From Haliotis rufescens (taxonomy: Eukaryota): a DNA stretch of 64,000 nt. The notes below the pieces were generated by a model, which was not told the DNA's origin, made no database searches, and saw nothing but the letters and a program-made list of their open reading frames with translations. A program made the position numbers and the translations under genes. The stretch lies in contig NW_025963779.1 of the NCBI RefSeq assembly GCF_023055435.1, forward strand, positions 42,780,001 to 42,844,000, read 5' to 3'. Shown here piece by piece: positions 60,140 through 64,000 of the stretch (its first letter is position 1; each line of letters begins with the position of its first letter).

Positions 60140-62880
60140 CAGCATTGTTCGGATGAATAATCTCTACGGACCTAACAGTGATAACACTGATTTTTATAAA
60201 AATCTATTTGATAATATGGACAACTTCGGAAATGATTCATTCGTTATTGTAGGTGACTGGAACCTTAGTCTTAATCCTGCAGTTGAATTATAAAATTATA
60301 AAAATATAAATACATGTTACCCCAAAACAAGACGGATAGTATTGGAAAAATAGAATCGGTAAATTTGATAGATGTATGGAGAGAACTAAATAAAGACTTA
60401 AAGAAATTTACATGGTGGAAGAAAACCCAAGACAACAAGCTAGGCTGGACTTCTTTTTAGTGTCTGAAGATATAAGAAATATGACATTGGAAACAAATAT
60501 TTTACCGGGATATAAAAGCGACCACTCAGCCATAACGTTATCTTTCTCTAATACAATTAATCAAGAAAGAGGATGCAGATGTTTGGAATTAAATACTTCA
60601 CTCCTATTAAGTAAGGATTATACAGAATTAGTTAGAAACAGTTATATAAGAAACGAAAAAAGAATATTCTGAGAATAGTGATAGCGAACTAAGTGAGTTA
60701 GACATCAAACTTAAAATAGATGATACTTTATTTCTTGAAACCCTCTTAATGAAAGTTTCATTCAATTTCATTTTCTTCATTCATTAAAAGAACCAAAATC
60801 AATCCAACAAAAGAATTAGAAAGTAAGATAAGCAATTTAGAAGATGACATAAGGCGAAATGTTCAACAAATAGACGAAAACATCTATTCGAAATTATCAA
60901 ATACAAATTAGAAATGGAACATATAAAAGAAGAGGAATACAAATTAGAATTAGAATGCAATGTATGGGGAAGGAGAAAAACCAACAAGTTATTTCTGCCA
61001 CTTAGAAAATAGAAATTATGTCAGTAAATTAATAAATAAAGTTGTAACTGAAGATGATATGGTAATAACAGACGGCAATTGCATATTGGATGAATTAAGA
61101 AACTTTTATAAAAAAAATATATACATCTGATAGCAAGGACAGAAGTTACGAAAATTTAACAGATTTAGAGACTCCAACATTAGACAACCAAATGAAAAAG
61201 GTATAAGAAAGACAAATTGAGCTAAAAGAAATTTCATTGGCATATAAAAACATGAAAAACAATCAAAAGCCCCGGTATTGATGTCTTTCCTATTGAATTT
61301 TTTAAGTTTTTCTCAATTTTCTGGAAAGAACTAAAATTCTGGATATACAGATTTGTAAAAAGTACTTCTGCTAATACATGTAACACAATGAGTATGACAA
61401 TGAAAAGAGTTATAACTTCTACCAAAATCAAACAAAGACAGAACATTGATAAAAAACTGGAGACCAATAACTTTATTGAATACACTCTATAAAATAATTA
61501 GTACTTGTATTGCAAACCGTACAAAATCAACATTGGAATTGCTCATTTATAATAATCAAACAGGATTTATTCCAGGAAGATCTATTTCAGAAAACACAAG
61601 GTTGTTATATGATATTATCTTTGAATCAAAAAGACAAAATAAACCAGGATTAGTTCTACTGATCGTTTTTGAAAAGGCATTTGATACGGTATCAAAACAA
61701 TTTATAAAAAAAGTTTTACAAAAATAAGGATTTGGACCAGAAATGATAAGGTGGATAAATATACTAACTTACAATACTACATCAAGCATAATACAAAATG
61801 GGCATCTATCAGAATTTTTTACAAATGAAAGAGGCTGTCGACAAGGAGACTCATTGTCGCCATATACTTTCCTCCTAGTAGCTGAAATCCTAGGATGTTT
61901 GATTAGAAATAATAATAAAATTGAAGGGATTACTCTAATGACAAAGAATACAAACTTGGGCAGTATGCTGATGACACTGAATTATTTTTAAATGGCAAAG
62001 ATGAAAGCTTATATGCAGCCACAGAAACACTTAATATATATTGCTGTGTATAAGGCGAGTTTTTCGTACCTTGGTTTAGGGGGCTTTCAAGGGGGCCGTC
62101 TTATACACAGGGTTGAAGAGTTTTGATGTTTTTGCCCCCCAACAAAGACATAACTGTGGGCACCTAACACAGGAAATACCATGTCAACAAATCCGTAATG
62201 AAGTACACAAACTAATCATGTAATTACATTGTCTGGTTATAAAAACAGTTCATTATATATTTGGACTTACCTTTGTAATCTATTTCATTAATGTTATTTA
62301 AAATTTCATTCAATATTGTTTATTTTCATTTTGTCAAAATCGTATGTGAAGTGATCGGAAGATTGCACAACTCAGTTATTTACAGCAACCACAATCATAT
62401 TATCGCTATTGACACCTTGAAACAAACTTTAGTGGATAGAGAATGGATATATATATATCATAAATGCCATACTTTAACTCGCTGAAAGACATATTTGTTT
62501 GACTATTATTTGTCAACATAAAGTTTTCACTATCATGAGCATGGAAGCATCTGCATTGATTCATCAAATTGTTCCACACGAAAAATTAATTTCTACAAAA
62601 TGTCTGGCTTAAAGATTATTGTAGACAAGACAAAAGCAATATGGATAGGCTCAAAAGCAGGGAGCAATGATCGATTATGTCAAGATTTACAAAGAGAATG
62701 GCACAATAAGGAATTTGAAGAATAAGGAATAATGTTTAATCCATACTTAAGTGAACTCTGGGTAATCTATACAAAAAGAAAACTAGAAGAAATAGATTGC
62801 TTGCAAATCGGAGAAAAAGAAATCTAAAGCTATTAGGAAAAATTAGTCATAAAAACTTTAGCATTGTCAAAACTAACTAA
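60140..62880 (+). mobile_element. L1/Tx1-type LINE ORF2 remnant with a non-coding insertion at about 62040-62585
   Basis: APE motifs NLYGPN, VGDWN, DVWR, RLDFFLVS and SDH; RT motifs KSPG.D, NWRPITLLN, QTGFIPGR, RGCRQGD.LSP and QYADD; resumes as SGLKI..DKT after the insertion. Confidence 0.88.
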
Positions 62881-64000
62881 GAGTAGGTGGGGAATTCCAG
62901 GATTAGATCTTATCATTCATGCCCTGCGGGGGGGGGGGGGGGGGGTTTCAGATCAAATATCCATTTGAGTTCGATGGATCGGCGTCTAGCCGTGCTCTGA
63001 GTTGACTCGGGGTCTGTTTTAAGCTGTTGTATGATTTGATAATGTAGGTCTCTTGTTGAGTGTCCTACGGAGTTGAAGTGTTTAGCGACAGGTTTGTCCC
63101 TATGATGGTTGATATCCGCAAAGTGTTCTTTGAGTCTAGTGCAGAAGTGTCGTTTAGTTTCACCTACGTATTGTTTACCACATTTGGTGCAACTTAGCAG
63201 GTAGATTATGTTTCTGCTTTTGCAAGTGAAATGCAAATGGCATTTATATTTTTTGCCTGTTGTGTGGCTGCTGTTGTGGGCACCTTCAGCAGTCCCTAAA
63301 CACTTCAACTCTGTAGGACACTCAACAAGAGACCTACATTATCAAATCATACAACTCAGAGCACGGCTAGATGCAGATCCATCGAACTCAAATGGATATT
63401 TGATCTGAAAACCATCCCCCCGCAGGGCATGAATGATAAGATCCTGGAATTCCCCACCCACTCACCTTACTTTGTCTTTCTCTCTGGAACAACAGCATTA
63501 GATCTCACAACCTCCTTCTTTACACAAACCCGATTCTGATACACCAATCGGAACATGATGTCACAACTCCCACAAAAGTTGTGACGTCACAGGTCTTATA
63601 ACTGTGACTTCATTCACTATGACGTCACAATCGGCACTCACAAACTATGGAGTCCCTCCACTGCCCAAACTACCTGAAGTATTACTCACGCCGGGACAGG
63701 CTCAAAAGACACTTTAGGAGCGCCCACAGCCCCGAAAGGTTCATCTGCTTGTCATGCAATAAGTCATACAAACGGCAGGTTGATTTTAAAAATCACCAAA
63801 ATCGCCACGGACAATATTATGCGAAAAAAGCAGCTACCATCAACATCACCGCTACAATGAGCGTGACTGACGGTCCGCCATGGCCAGGAAATCCAAGTCC
63901 TACCAGAAGGACAGCCCAGCGTAAATACACATTCATCTATGCACAAAGGTACCATCAACTCTGCATATGGTCCTTCCTCAAGTATGACACACCATCTACG
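62881..64000. mobile_element. Penelope-like fragment (PLE-2): GIY-YIG 3' end plus an inverted copy
   Basis: Minus ORF 62913-63308 has IIYLLSCTKCGKQYVGETKR...RLKEH; 62881-63089 is inverted at 63292-63463. Right boundary uncertain. Confidence 0.85.

Overview
AT-rich animal genomic DNA, probably a marine invertebrate or mollusc (inferred from the SINE types and element repertoire). It is almost entirely a nested pile of transposable elements. In order: a deleted Polinton/Maverick-type remnant (protein-primed PolB, rve integrase, small ORFs), a decayed Ty3/gypsy element with short LTRs and an LADD RT motif, a mariner fragment, an intact Tc1 element, tRNA-derived SINEs, two DIRS1-type tyrosine-recombinase retroelements plus a third DIRS RT scrap, a CR1/L2-type LINE, a second decayed gypsy, a decayed Tc1, a Penelope-like element containing a MITE that itself contains a young near-intact gypsy, a long strand-asymmetric hairpin, an Academ-like transposase remnant, an L1/Tx1-type LINE and a second Penelope fragment. 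Two small host exons absent from the ORF track (15290-15424 and 21035-21160, + strand) splice in frame into an armadillo-repeat, Vac8-like protein, so at least part of this array is intronic. I see no demonstrably new biological system. The best leads are the GA-mismatch/GCGAAAGC hairpin, a -1 frameshift pseudoknot, the Polinton small-ORF cluster and the LADD gypsy lineage. All family assignments come from motif recognition by eye, not database searches.
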